From the NCBI GenBank assembly GCA_910586295.1, contig CAJUGE010000070.1, positions 17,032 through 81,031 of the forward strand: a stretch of DNA of 64,000 bases, written 5' to 3'. The translations under genes and the position numbers were made by a program. Every line of letters begins with the position of its first letter. The first letter of the stretch is position 1. This document shows, piece by piece, positions 20,706-30,531 of the stretch. This DNA is from an uncultured Bacilli bacterium (GTDB taxonomy: Bacteria > Bacillota_I > Bacilli_A > RF39 > UBA660). The notes beneath the pieces were generated by a model. It saw only the letters and a program-made list of their open reading frames with translations. It did no database searches and was not told the origin of the DNA.

Positions 20706-21359
20706 ATGAACGATAACAGAGGACAAACTATTTTCTTATCAGTAATTGGTATTGCTACTTTATTAGTTGCTATTATAGGTGCTACATTTGCATATTTCAC
20801 TACTACAATGGATGGTACTAAAGCTGGCGTAACAGCTACTACTGGTACTTTAGGTGCTGTTACTTATACTGCTGAGGCTTTAAATCTTCCTAATATTTTA
20901 CCAGGTAAGACTTCTGAAGAGAAGAGTGTTACAGTTAGTTTAGGAACTTCTGATTTTGATGTTAATTATGTATGCAATTTAGAGGTAACTGGTAACGAAG
21001 TTACAGATATGTTCTTAAAGGTTAGTGGTGAAAATATTATTGCTGCTGCTAATAATCAAAGATTACCTTTGGTTGTGTATCCTACTTTTGGTGAAGATGG
21101 TACAACTGAGTTAACTCCAGCTGGTACAGCTCAAAAGATTAAGATTGCTGAAGGAACTTTAAAATCTGGTGAGTCTAAGACTATGAAGTATGCAATTACT
21201 TTCCAAGAAACTGGTTCAGAGCAAAATGCTCAACAAGGTAAAAGATTCAATGCTACAGTTAGTTGTGGTTTAGAGAGTGCTGATGGTGTTTATTATAATG
21301 ATGCTAATCAAGGTGGAACTACTACTAAACCTACAGGAACACCAACTCCACAACCTTAA
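20706..21359 (+). CDS. TasA/camelysin-family secreted protein with a SipW-cognate signal peptide (217 aa)
   Basis: Signal LSVIGIATLLVAIIGATFAYFTTT, then TATTGTLGAV (compare TasA GGGTWAAFND...ATFASGTLDL). Core LPGKTSEEKSVTVSLGTS...QQGKRFNATVS. C-terminal tail YYNDANQGGTTTKPTGTPTPQP. Confidence 0.75.
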   Translation: MNDNRGQTIFLSVIGIATLLVAIIGATFAYFTTTMDGTKAGVTATTGTLGAVTYTAEALNLPNILPGKTSEEKSVTVSLGTSDFDVNYVCNLEVTGNEVTDMFLKVSGENIIAAANNQRLPLVVYPTFGEDGTTELTPAGTAQKIKIAEGTLKSGESKTMKYAITFQETGSEQNAQQGKRFNATVSCGLESADGVYYNDANQGGTTTKPTGTPTPQP

Positions 21360-21628
21360 TTTGAAAATGGTTTGACATAGTAATTTACTATATTAAAAAA
21401 ATAAGTTAGCGATTTATAGGCTGACTTTTTTTGAACTTTTATTAATGAAGTAAGTGTGTAGTTTTTCAAAAATAAAGTTGTATGCTTGTTATTTGTTTTA
21501 TATATAACATTTTAATTTGGCGGTTTTCTGTTACATTTATAATATATTTTTGTAAAATTTTGTTCCAATAGTTGTATTTTACTGGAAAAAATGGTATTAT
21601 TGAGTTAGTTTAGAATAATGGTGAAAAT

Positions 21629-22225
21629 ATGGAAGAAGAGAAAAAGAATAAAAATTCAAGATTAAAAGAAATTATTATTGCAGTTATTCCCGTTTTGTCT
21701 TTTATTGCTGTTACGATTGGAACAACATATGCAGCTTACATGGCTAGTGTTGTAGGTAATGAGAAGAATGGCGAAACAGTTTTGAAGAGTGCTCGTGTTT
21801 ATGCGATGTTTAATGCTACAGATAGTATTGATTCAGAGAATATTTTACCTGGTTGGAGCAGTACTTTAAATTTCACAATTGTAAACACTAGCCCAGAAGA
21901 TAATTTGTATGCTAATTATACACTAGCTTGGGAGATTGAAGAAAATACAATTAATGATGATAATTTTGTTTATACATTAGAGTGCACTAGTACTAAAGAA
22001 GGTAAAGAAATAAATGAAAGTGAAAAGAATACACTTATTAAAGTATCTAATTCTAGAAAAGTTCCTACTATTAGTACAAATATCGGAACTGGAATGATTA
22101 ATACTGGAGTTACTCATCATTGTCAATTAAAAGTTATGTTAAGAGAAAGTGGGACTCCTCAAGATTCTTTACAAGGCAAGACATTTAAAGGTAAAATAGT
22201 TGCTAAAGGAGATCCTAATGTATAA
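21629..22225 (+). CDS. TasA/camelysin-family secreted protein with a SipW-cognate signal peptide (198 aa)
   Basis: Signal IIAVIPVLSFIAVTIGTTYAAYMAS. Core LPGWSSTLNFTIVNTSPED...LQGKTFKGKIV. Confidence 0.7.
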   Translation: MEEEKKNKNSRLKEIIIAVIPVLSFIAVTIGTTYAAYMASVVGNEKNGETVLKSARVYAMFNATDSIDSENILPGWSSTLNFTIVNTSPEDNLYANYTLAWEIEENTINDDNFVYTLECTSTKEGKEINESEKNTLIKVSNSRKVPTISTNIGTGMINTGVTHHCQLKVMLRESGTPQDSLQGKTFKGKIVAKGDPNV

Positions 22226-22251
22226 TAAATAGTGCAGAAAGAAGGTTTGTT

Positions 22252-22872
22252 ATGAATGGCAAAAAGTATGAAATATATTTAAGTGTTATAACTATTATGA
22301 CTGTATTAGTAACAGCCGTTGGAGTATCGTTTGCTTATTTTACTGATGGTATATCTGGGACAGAAGGAGCCATTTCTTCTACAACTGCTTCTATTGGTAG
22401 TGTAACTTTTGACGGTGGTCAAGATTTCTCTATGTCAACAGAAATTGAACCAGGGTGGAGTGCTACTAAGACTTTTTCTATTGAGGTTTCTCCTTCTGTA
22501 GTAGATCAAGTAATATATATAAGATTAGATTATGTTAATGGGTTTAAAGATTTGGAACTTAATGTTAATGGCACTGTCGGTGAGGGAAATGGTATTAATG
22601 GTGCTAAGGGAAGTGTTTCCCTTGTTAAAGAAATGTCAGCTGATTCAGCGAGTAATACTACAACATTAGTTGAATTAACAGTACCTGCCAGTGATAATAC
22701 TATTAAGTATAATTATACATTAACTGCAAGTTTTCCTGATACAAATCAAAATCAAAATTATGATCAAGGAAAAACTTTTGAGGCAACATTATATGCAGAT
22801 TTAGGAGAAAGTGATATTTATTATAATGATGCTAATCAAGGTGGGACAACAACTAAACCTAATGCTCAGTAA
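22252..22872 (+). CDS. TasA/camelysin-family secreted protein with a SipW-cognate signal peptide (206 aa)
   Basis: Signal LSVITIMTVLVTAVGVSFAYFTDG. Core EPGWSATKTFSIEVSPS...DQGKTFEATLY. The C-terminal tail YYNDANQGGTTTKPNAQ is shared with the 20706 gene. Confidence 0.75.
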   Translation: MNGKKYEIYLSVITIMTVLVTAVGVSFAYFTDGISGTEGAISSTTASIGSVTFDGGQDFSMSTEIEPGWSATKTFSIEVSPSVVDQVIYIRLDYVNGFKDLELNVNGTVGEGNGINGAKGSVSLVKEMSADSASNTTTLVELTVPASDNTIKYNYTLTASFPDTNQNQNYDQGKTFEATLYADLGESDIYYNDANQGGTTTKPNAQ

Positions 22873-22898
22873 ACACTATATATACATAGTGTTTTTTC
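22872..22898 (+). terminator. Rho-independent terminator after the TasA-like gene cluster
   Basis: AACACTAT-ATATAC-ATAGTGTT (8-bp stem) followed by TTTT. Confidence 0.6.
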
Positions 22899-22955
22899 AT
22901 TTATTTGAAAAAAGCATATATTTTTGGTATAATATCTTTATCGAGGTAAAGAAAA

Positions 22956-25043
22956 ATGTTTAAAGATATAAATAAAAAATTTAAAGTTGAACGTTTAAAA
23001 GTTGCTTATAAAAAACTACTTAGGAAAATAAGAAAATATTTTTCAACAAATATTTTGTTTTTGACTTATCTTATTACTTCTGTTTTTATTAGTTTTCTCT
23101 TAAGATATTTTACTATTGGTATTATAAATGATTTTAAAGCAATTTTTTGTGATTTAGTTGTAGTTATGTTGCTTGGTTCTTTTGGTTATTTAGTTAAACC
23201 CAAACATCAATTTAAATATTTTTTAGGACTTAGCATTTTTAATACATTTCTATGTATATTAAATCATATTTATTATACTTTTTATATGAGCTTTGTTAGT
23301 GTTAGTTTGCTTGGCACTTTATCAATGTTGGGAGAAGTGAGTGATTCTGTTACAAATAAATTGGAAATCTTATATTTCATTTATTTAATTGCTCCCTTAA
23401 TGTTAATAGTAGTTAATAGGTTTCTTTCTAAGAGGAAATACCATTTTATAGTAGGTAAATATGAAAATGGTAAGAAAATGTTTATTAGAACTTCTTTACT
23501 TTCATTTATATGTTTAGTATTTTTGTTAACTACTTTATCAAACTCTGAGGGAAGTAGACTTGTGAAACAGTGGAATAGGGATTTTATAGTGCAAAGGTTT
23601 GGTTTGTATTTCTATACTGCTAATGATTTTATACAAAGTATTCAACCATCTATTAGTCCGATGTTTGGATATGATAGTGCGGCTAAAATGTTTAGAGATT
23701 TTTATTCGGATAAAGATTATACTAAAAATAAAAATGAATATACTGATATATTCAAGGGAAAGAATGTAATATTTATTCATGGTGAGAGTATTCAAAATTA
23801 CTTAATAGATTTAGAGGTTAATGGAATAGAAATAACACCAAATTTAAATAAAATTGCACATGAAGGGTTATATTTTTCTAGTTTTTATCCACAAATAAGT
23901 ATAGGAACTAGTAGTGATACAGAATTTACTTTAAGTACTAGTTTACTTCCTAGTTCTAGTGGAACAGTATTTGTTAATTATGCTAACAGGAATTATGAAA
24001 CAATACAAAAGAAGTTTAAGTCACTAGGATATTATACGTTTAGTATGCATGCTAATGCAGCAAGTTATTGGAATAGAGAAACTATGTATAAATCTTTAGG
24101 ATATGATAAGTTTTATGCAAAAGATAGTTTTATTGTTCCAGAGGATACTGATGATGCAAATTTTATAGGACTTGGACTTTCTGATAAATCTTTCTTTAAA
24201 CAGATTATGCCAATACTTGAAGAACTAAGGAATAGTGAGCAGCCTTTTATGGGCACAGTAATAACTTTAAGTAATCATAGTCCGTTTGCAGATGTTGACA
24301 AATATGGTAAATTAGACTTTAGTATTACATTTGAAAAAGGCACAGGAGAATTTGATAATAATGGAGTAGAAATAAGAGAGACAGTGACTGTTCCTTATTT
24401 AGAGAATACTGAGATGGGTAATTATTTGAAGAGTGCTCATTATGCAGATGAGGCTTTAGGTGAGTTTTTTGAGGCACTCAAGGTTTCTGGAATGTTTGAA
24501 GATACTGTTATAGTGTTTTATGGAGATCATGAGAGTAAGTTAGGAAAAAAGAATTTGAGTTTGTTATATAATTATGATCCAATGACTGAAAGTATTAAGA
24601 GTGAAGATGATCCAACATTTGTAAGCTTTGATAATTATAAATATGATTTAATTAAGAATACACCGTTAATTATTTGGACAGGTGATGATACTTTGAAAAG
24701 AGAGGTTACTGATGTTATGGGGATGTGGGATGTAATGCCTACAATTGCAAATATGTTTGGATTTGATTATAAATATGCCCTTGGAAACGATATCTTTTCT
24801 GATAATGAGAAGTTAGTAGTATTTCCTAATGGAGATGTTTTAACAAATAAGGTATTTTATAATAATTTAAGAGATGAATATATACCTTTAACGGAAGAAC
24901 CTATTGATACTCAATATATTGAGAGATTAAAAGAGTATGCAGAAGTAAGGCTTGATGTAAGTAAGTCTATTATAGTACATGATTTAATTGAGAAGGAAGA
25001 GAATAATTTAGAAAGGGTGATACTTAATGAAAAAGACAAATAA
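22956..25043 (+). CDS. ltaS: Lipoteichoic acid synthase family protein (LtaS-type sulfatase)
   Basis: 695 aa. Five N-terminal transmembrane helices plus an extracellular sulfatase domain (NVIFIHGESIQN...TPNLNKIAHEGLYFSSFY...SNHSPF). Confidence 0.75.
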   Translation: MFKDINKKFKVERLKVAYKKLLRKIRKYFSTNILFLTYLITSVFISFLLRYFTIGIINDFKAIFCDLVVVMLLGSFGYLVKPKHQFKYFLGLSIFNTFLCILNHIYYTFYMSFVSVSLLGTLSMLGEVSDSVTNKLEILYFIYLIAPLMLIVVNRFLSKRKYHFIVGKYENGKKMFIRTSLLSFICLVFLLTTLSNSEGSRLVKQWNRDFIVQRFGLYFYTANDFIQSIQPSISPMFGYDSAAKMFRDFYSDKDYTKNKNEYTDIFKGKNVIFIHGESIQNYLIDLEVNGIEITPNLNKIAHEGLYFSSFYPQISIGTSSDTEFTLSTSLLPSSSGTVFVNYANRNYETIQKKFKSLGYYTFSMHANAASYWNRETMYKSLGYDKFYAKDSFIVPEDTDDANFIGLGLSDKSFFKQIMPILEELRNSEQPFMGTVITLSNHSPFADVDKYGKLDFSITFEKGTGEFDNNGVEIRETVTVPYLENTEMGNYLKSAHYADEALGEFFEALKVSGMFEDTVIVFYGDHESKLGKKNLSLLYNYDPMTESIKSEDDPTFVSFDNYKYDLIKNTPLIIWTGDDTLKREVTDVMGMWDVMPTIANMFGFDYKYALGNDIFSDNEKLVVFPNGDVLTNKVFYNNLRDEYIPLTEEPIDTQYIERLKEYAEVRLDVSKSIIVHDLIEKEENNLERVILNEKDK

Positions 25044-25689
25044 GAAAGCAGTAAATAAAAAAATAAACAAAAATAGAGTATTTTACTTTGCAGTTATTGT
25101 AATTGCTGTTATAATAGTAGCTGTGACTTCTGTTAAGGTTGTGTTTGATTTCTTTGTCGGTGATTCAAGAGAAATTCAATCTAAGAAAGAGCTGGATAAT
25201 TTGGAGTTATATGGTTATACTTTAGATGATTTAGATACACCTTTATATAAAACATATTTTGATGAATTGAAGGATATTTTAAATAAAGACGAATTAGATT
25301 GGGAGCAATATGCAACTGGTTTAACTAAGATATTTGTGGCAGACTTTTATACTCTAAGTAATAAGATAACTAGTAGTGATATAGGTGGTGTGGAATTTAT
25401 ACATATAGATATGGTAGATAATTTTATAATGCACGCTGGAGATACTATGTATAATCATGTTAAGAATAATGTTTATGGAGATAGAGTTCAAGAACTTCCT
25501 ACAGTAAGTGATGTTACAATAGGTGAAATCATAAGTGAGAATTATACATATAATGATAATAGTTATGAAGCATATAAAGTTAGTGTTACTTGGGAATATG
25601 AGAAAGATTTGGGGTATGATAAAACTGGAACTTTCTATTTGATAAAGGACAATAATAAATTGAATGTTGTGCAAAAACTAGGAGAATAG
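25027..25689 (+). CDS. Hypothetical membrane-anchored protein (220 aa)
   Basis: K-rich N-terminus plus a single transmembrane helix. The start overlaps the ltaS end, and the stop abuts tilS. Confidence 0.45.
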   Translation: MKKTNKKAVNKKINKNRVFYFAVIVIAVIIVAVTSVKVVFDFFVGDSREIQSKKELDNLELYGYTLDDLDTPLYKTYFDELKDILNKDELDWEQYATGLTKIFVADFYTLSNKITSSDIGGVEFIHIDMVDNFIMHAGDTMYNHVKNNVYGDRVQELPTVSDVTIGEIISENYTYNDNSYEAYKVSVTWEYEKDLGYDKTGTFYLIKDNNKLNVVQKLGE

Positions 25690-25690
25690 T

Positions 25691-27016
25691 ATGGAAGATG
25701 TAGTAAAGTATTTGCTAAATGAAAGTGGTATAAAATATCGTGATACAATTTGTATTGGAGTTTCTGGTGGACCAGATTCTATGGCTTTGCTTGATATAGT
25801 TATTAAACTTAAAAGTGAGCTTGATTTGATAGTTGTGGTGTGTCATATTAATCATGGACTTAGAGAAGAAAGTGAGGAGGAAGCAAAATATTTGGAAAAA
25901 TTTTGTGAAGATGAAGGACTTCATTTTGAGTATATGAAGATAGAGAATTATGGAGATGATAATTTTCATAATGAAGCAAGGACTATTAGGTATAATTTCT
26001 TTGATAAGGTTTGTAAAGAGTATAAGGCAACTGTGCTTATGACAGCTCATCATGGTGATGATTTGATAGAGACAATACTTATGAGAATGGTTAGAGGAAG
26101 TACTTTAAAGGGATATAGTGGTTTTTCTAAGAGAGTAGAAAAAGATAATTATGTAATTTTAAGGCCTCTTATATCAATGACTAAGAGCGAACTTGAGGAT
26201 TATTGTAAAGTTAATAAAATTAAGTATTTTGTTGATAAATCTAATATGAAGGACGTTTATACAAGAAATAGATATCGTAAATATGTACTTCCTTTTTTGA
26301 AAACAGAAGATCCAATGGTACACGAAAAGTTTCTTAAATTTAGTGAAACTTTGATGGAGTATAATAATTATATTGATAGAGAAATGAATTTAGTTTTTAA
26401 TAGAGTATTCAAGAATGGAGTTTTAGATACTTCTAAGTTTCAAGAATTAGATCATTTGATTCAAACTAAAATAATATATAATATTTTGGAGAGAATTTAT
26501 GGAGATGATTTGTTTATTATTACTAATACTCATGTTAAACTTATATTCGATTTAATTAATGGTAGTAAAGCTCAGGCGATAGTGCATTTACCAAATAATG
26601 TTAAGGTAATTAAGAGTTATACTGATATCGGATTTGGGTATGACGAAGAGCAAGCAGATATTTATGAGATAGAAATTAATAGTGTTGTTAATTTGCCAAA
26701 TGGGAAGAATATAGAGATAGTAAATTCTAGTGATGATACTTCTAATTATGTAACTAGGTTAAGTAGTAAGGAAGTTCTTTTGCCTCTTCATGTTAGAACT
26801 AGAAGAAACGGTGATAAATTTGAAGTTAAAGGAATGGATGGACACAAAAAAGTAAATGATATATTTATAGAGAAGAAGTTGGTAACTAGAGATAGAAATA
26901 TATGGCCTATAGTATGTGATGCTAATAATAATATTGTGTGGCTTCCAGGATTAAAAAAAAGTAAATTTGACAAAGATATTAAAGAAGAGTATGATATAAT
27001 ACTAAAGTATTATTAA
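25691..27016 (+). CDS. tilS: tRNA(Ile)-lysidine synthetase TilS
   Basis: PP-loop GVSGGPDSMAL in the N-terminal domain, 441 aa. Directly upstream of ftsH, as in Firmicutes. Confidence 0.85.
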   Translation: MEDVVKYLLNESGIKYRDTICIGVSGGPDSMALLDIVIKLKSELDLIVVVCHINHGLREESEEEAKYLEKFCEDEGLHFEYMKIENYGDDNFHNEARTIRYNFFDKVCKEYKATVLMTAHHGDDLIETILMRMVRGSTLKGYSGFSKRVEKDNYVILRPLISMTKSELEDYCKVNKIKYFVDKSNMKDVYTRNRYRKYVLPFLKTEDPMVHEKFLKFSETLMEYNNYIDREMNLVFNRVFKNGVLDTSKFQELDHLIQTKIIYNILERIYGDDLFIITNTHVKLIFDLINGSKAQAIVHLPNNVKVIKSYTDIGFGYDEEQADIYEIEINSVVNLPNGKNIEIVNSSDDTSNYVTRLSSKEVLLPLHVRTRRNGDKFEVKGMDGHKKVNDIFIEKKLVTRDRNIWPIVCDANNNIVWLPGLKKSKFDKDIKEEYDIILKYY

Positions 27017-27034
27017 ATTGAGAGGAGAAAGTTT

Positions 27035-28924
27035 ATGAAGAAAAAAACAAGTATGACAAGGCTATTTATGCCTTATGTAGCACTTTTTGTTGTAGTTATG
27101 ATTGTATTCTTTCTATATAATATGAAAAGTGTTGTTATTCATGAGTTGAATTATAATGAATTTATGAGTAATTTAACTAAGGAACAAGTTAGTAAATTAG
27201 AGGTTACTCCAAAGAGTAGAGATAGTATTTATTATTTGGAGGGTAAACTTGAAGGTTATAAAGATAATGAAACTTTTGAATTAATAGTTCCTTATACTGA
27301 TAGTGTAATTGAGAATGTTTTAGATGAGGCTACTAAGCAAGGATTGAATGTTGAAATAAATAAAGATCCTGGTAGTATTAGTTGGATTTCTATAATTATG
27401 GAACTTATTCCACTTGCACTTATAGGCATTGTTACTTTCTATTTGATGAGGGCTATGCTTAGTCAAGGTAAAGGTGGTACTTTAGATTTTGGTAGAAGTA
27501 GAGCTAAGTTAAATCAAGATGGTGGTAAAGTTACATTTAAAGATGTTGCTGGACTTAATGAAGAGAAAGAGGAAGTTAAAGAGTTAATTGATTTTCTTAG
27601 AAATCCTAAGAAATTTCAAAAACTAGGTGCTAGAATTCCTAAGGGTGTTCTTTTAGTAGGACCTCCAGGAACTGGTAAGACATTACTTGCTAAGGCAGTT
27701 GCGGGTGAAGCAAAAGTTCCCTTTTACTATATAAGTGGTAGTGATTTTGTTGAACTATTTGTAGGTGTCGGTGCTAGTCGTGTTAGAGATATGTTTAAAC
27801 AGGCAAAGCAAACTGCTCCTTGTCTAATATTCATTGATGAGATAGATGCAGTTGGTAGACAAAGAGGAACTGGTCTTGGTGGTGGACATGATGAGAGAGA
27901 GCAAACTCTTAATCAATTACTTACTGAGATGGATGGATTTGGTGCGAATGAAGGAATTATAATTATAGCAGCAACTAATAGGCCTGATGTTCTTGATCCT
28001 GCCCTTTTAAGACCTGGTAGATTTGATAGACAAGTGACTGTTAATTTACCTGATGTTAGAGAAAGAGAAGCTATACTTGGTGTTCATGCTAAAGGGAAGA
28101 TAATATCAGAGGATGTCACTTTGAAACATTTAGCAGAGAGAACTCCTGGATATAGTGGTGCAGATTTAGAGAATTTACTTAATGAAGCAGCTTTACTAGC
28201 GGTTAGAAGAAATAAAGAATGTATAACTATGGACGAAATGGATGAAGCAAGTGATAGGGTTCTTATGGGACCTGCTAAGGTAAGTAGAAAAGTTACTCCT
28301 TTTGAGAAAAAGGTAGTTGCTTATCATGAGAGTGGACATGCAGTTCTTGGTATAGAACTTCCTAATGGTGAAGAAGTTCATAAGATTACTATTATTCCTA
28401 GAGGTATGGCTGGAGGATATACTCAGATGCTTCCTAAAGAAGAGAGAACTATGATTTCTACTAAGGATGAGTTACTTCAGAGAATAGTTAGTTATTTAGG
28501 TGGACGTGTTAGTGAAGAATTATTCTTAGGTGAAATTAGTACAGGTGCTAGTGATGACTTTAAGAGAGCAACTGCTATTGCTAGAAGTATGGTTACTGAG
28601 TATGGTATGAGTGATTTAGGACCAGTTCAATTAGAGCATAGAAGTGGAGAAGTTTTCTTAGGTAGAGATTATACTAATAGTTCTAAGAATTATTCTGATG
28701 CTGTTGCACTAGAGATAGACCAAGAGATTAGAAAGATTATGGATGAGTGTTATAAGAAAGCTAAGGATATTCTAAGTAAAAATAAGGAATTAGTTGATAT
28801 ACTTGCTCATACTTTAGAAGAAAAAGAAACTTTGACTAAGGAAGAAATCGAAGAAATAGTTAAAGATTATAAATCTGGTAATAAGGGTAAGAAAAATAAA
28901 ACCAAAGAAGATACTGAAGAGTAA
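27035..28924 (+). CDS. ftsH: ATP-dependent zinc metalloprotease FtsH
   Basis: Two transmembrane helices, AAA module GPPGTGKT...IIFIDEIDA, second region of homology, and HEAGH zinc motif (AYHESGHAV). 629 aa. Confidence 0.95.
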   Translation: MKKKTSMTRLFMPYVALFVVVMIVFFLYNMKSVVIHELNYNEFMSNLTKEQVSKLEVTPKSRDSIYYLEGKLEGYKDNETFELIVPYTDSVIENVLDEATKQGLNVEINKDPGSISWISIIMELIPLALIGIVTFYLMRAMLSQGKGGTLDFGRSRAKLNQDGGKVTFKDVAGLNEEKEEVKELIDFLRNPKKFQKLGARIPKGVLLVGPPGTGKTLLAKAVAGEAKVPFYYISGSDFVELFVGVGASRVRDMFKQAKQTAPCLIFIDEIDAVGRQRGTGLGGGHDEREQTLNQLLTEMDGFGANEGIIIIAATNRPDVLDPALLRPGRFDRQVTVNLPDVREREAILGVHAKGKIISEDVTLKHLAERTPGYSGADLENLLNEAALLAVRRNKECITMDEMDEASDRVLMGPAKVSRKVTPFEKKVVAYHESGHAVLGIELPNGEEVHKITIIPRGMAGGYTQMLPKEERTMISTKDELLQRIVSYLGGRVSEELFLGEISTGASDDFKRATAIARSMVTEYGMSDLGPVQLEHRSGEVFLGRDYTNSSKNYSDAVALEIDQEIRKIMDECYKKAKDILSKNKELVDILAHTLEEKETLTKEEIEEIVKDYKSGNKGKKNKTKEDTEE

Positions 28925-28938
28925 AATCTTTGGTTTTT
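28918..28938. repeat. Direct repeat copy 1 (AGAGTAAAATCTTTGGTTTTT), overlapping the ftsH stop
   Basis: Identical 21-mer to 30336..30356. The pair brackets the DUF4143 ATPase cassette. Confidence 0.6.
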
Positions 28939-28944
28939 AGTTTG

Positions 28945-29024
28945 TGAAAACGATATATCGAATTCTGTGAAAATGGTATATTGAAACTCTTGAAAATGGT
29001 ATAAAAAAACCTGAAAATGGTATA
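28945..29024. repeat. Four direct iteron-like repeats of TGAAAA(T/C)G(G/A)TATA at 21-23 bp spacing
   Basis: Copies begin at 28945, 28968, 28991 and 29012, between direct repeat copy 1 and the ATPase start. Confidence 0.5.
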
Positions 29025-29057
29025 TTGAAATGATATAATAATAATGGAGATGATATT

Positions 29058-30337
29058 ATGTCTTTAAGGAAAGAAGAATATGTAGAAAGATTAGTTGATA
29101 AAAAAATAGATAAGTATTTGACTTTATTTGTGCAGTTCATTTATATGGTCCTAAATGGTGTGGGAAAACTTGGACTGCACTAAATCATTCTAATAGTGTT
29201 ACTTATATGACTTTAAAGGATAAAAGAGCTTTAGCGATGGAAAATCCTAAGTTTATTTTCGATGATGATAGACCACAGTTAATTGATGAATGGCAGTTAG
29301 TGCCTAGTATTTGGGATGCAGTTAGGCATGAGTGTGATGTTGATAAAAACAAGGGGAAGTTTATTTTGACTGGCTCTACTACTTTAATTAAGAATGATAA
29401 AGATGAGGTGTTTCATACTGGGATGGGTAGAATAGTAGACTGTAGAATGTATCCTATGAGTTGTTATGAGTCTGGAGACTCTAGTGGCATCGTTAGTATT
29501 TTAGATATGCTTAATCAAAAGATTGAGAATAAGGGATTCAAGAGTTTAGAACTTCCAGAAATCGCTAGGCTAATAGTAAGAGGTGGTTGGCCAGAAAATA
29601 TAAAGGTTAGTGATGAAGATATTACGATATTGCCTAAGATGTATTTAGAGTCTATCATAAATAAAGATATAAATGAAAGAAAAGATAAAAAAAGAGATTC
29701 TAATAAAATGAGTATGCTTATTAGAGCACTTGCAAGAAATGAGTCTAGTGTGGTTAGTTTTAATACTTTAGTGAAAGATATAGAAGAATATGAAAGTGAA
29801 GAAGAGCTTTTAACGAGTAGGATTACGGTTGCTGATTATTTAAGTGTTTTAGATAGTTTATATTTAACTTTGAATCAAGAAGCATTTAGTATTAATTATC
29901 GTTCTTCTAAAAGAATTGGTAAATCACCTAAGAGACATTTTGTGGATCCTAGTTTAGCTTGTGCTAGTTTAGGCTTGAATGTTTCTAAGCTTATGAATGA
30001 TTTTAATACTTTTGGTCTTATGTTTGAGTCGCTTGTACTTCGTGATTTAAAAATATATATGGATACTACCAATGGTAAAGTATTTTATTTTAGAGATAAT
30101 ATTAGTGGAGCTGAAGTGGATGTTATTTTAGAGTTTGCTGATTCTAGTTATGCAGCAGTAGAGGTTAAACTTAGTTTTAATTATATTGAAGAGGCAAAGA
30201 AAAGTTTAAAGAAATTTTATGATAATGTTTCTGTTAAGCCTAAATTTATGTGTATTATAGTTGGACATTACGATGCTATTTGTAGGGATGATGAAACTGG
30301 TATATATATAGTTCCTATAAATGCTCTTAAACCTTAG
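29058..30337 (+). pseudogene. DUF4143-type AAA+ ATPase (COG1373 family) interrupted by a frameshift near 29114-29135
   Basis: Frame 0 reads MSLRKEEYVERLVDKKIDKYLTLF and stops at 29183. Frame 2 continues ICAVHLYGPKWCGKTWTALNH (Walker A) through ...IVGHYDAI. The shift lies in a TTTATTTG run. It may be a true pseudogene or a sequencing error. Confidence 0.55.
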
Positions 30338-30356
30338 AGTAAAATCTTTGGTTTTT
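30336..30356. repeat. Direct repeat copy 2 (AGAGTAAAATCTTTGGTTTTT), overlapping the stop of the ATPase gene
   Basis: Identical to 28918..28938. Confidence 0.6.
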
Positions 30357-30531
30357 GTTTTAAAAGAAAAAATTGATTAGTAAAACGTCGGGGCTTCTAA
30401 CTATTAAAGTTTAGCCATTTATGACACGAATACTAATCAATGTATGTTAATTATAACATAAGATTTGGTTGAAAGTAAATATGGCTTTATGAAAAGTTAT
30501 ATTGTATAATTAGTTTAGGGTGGTAGTTTTA

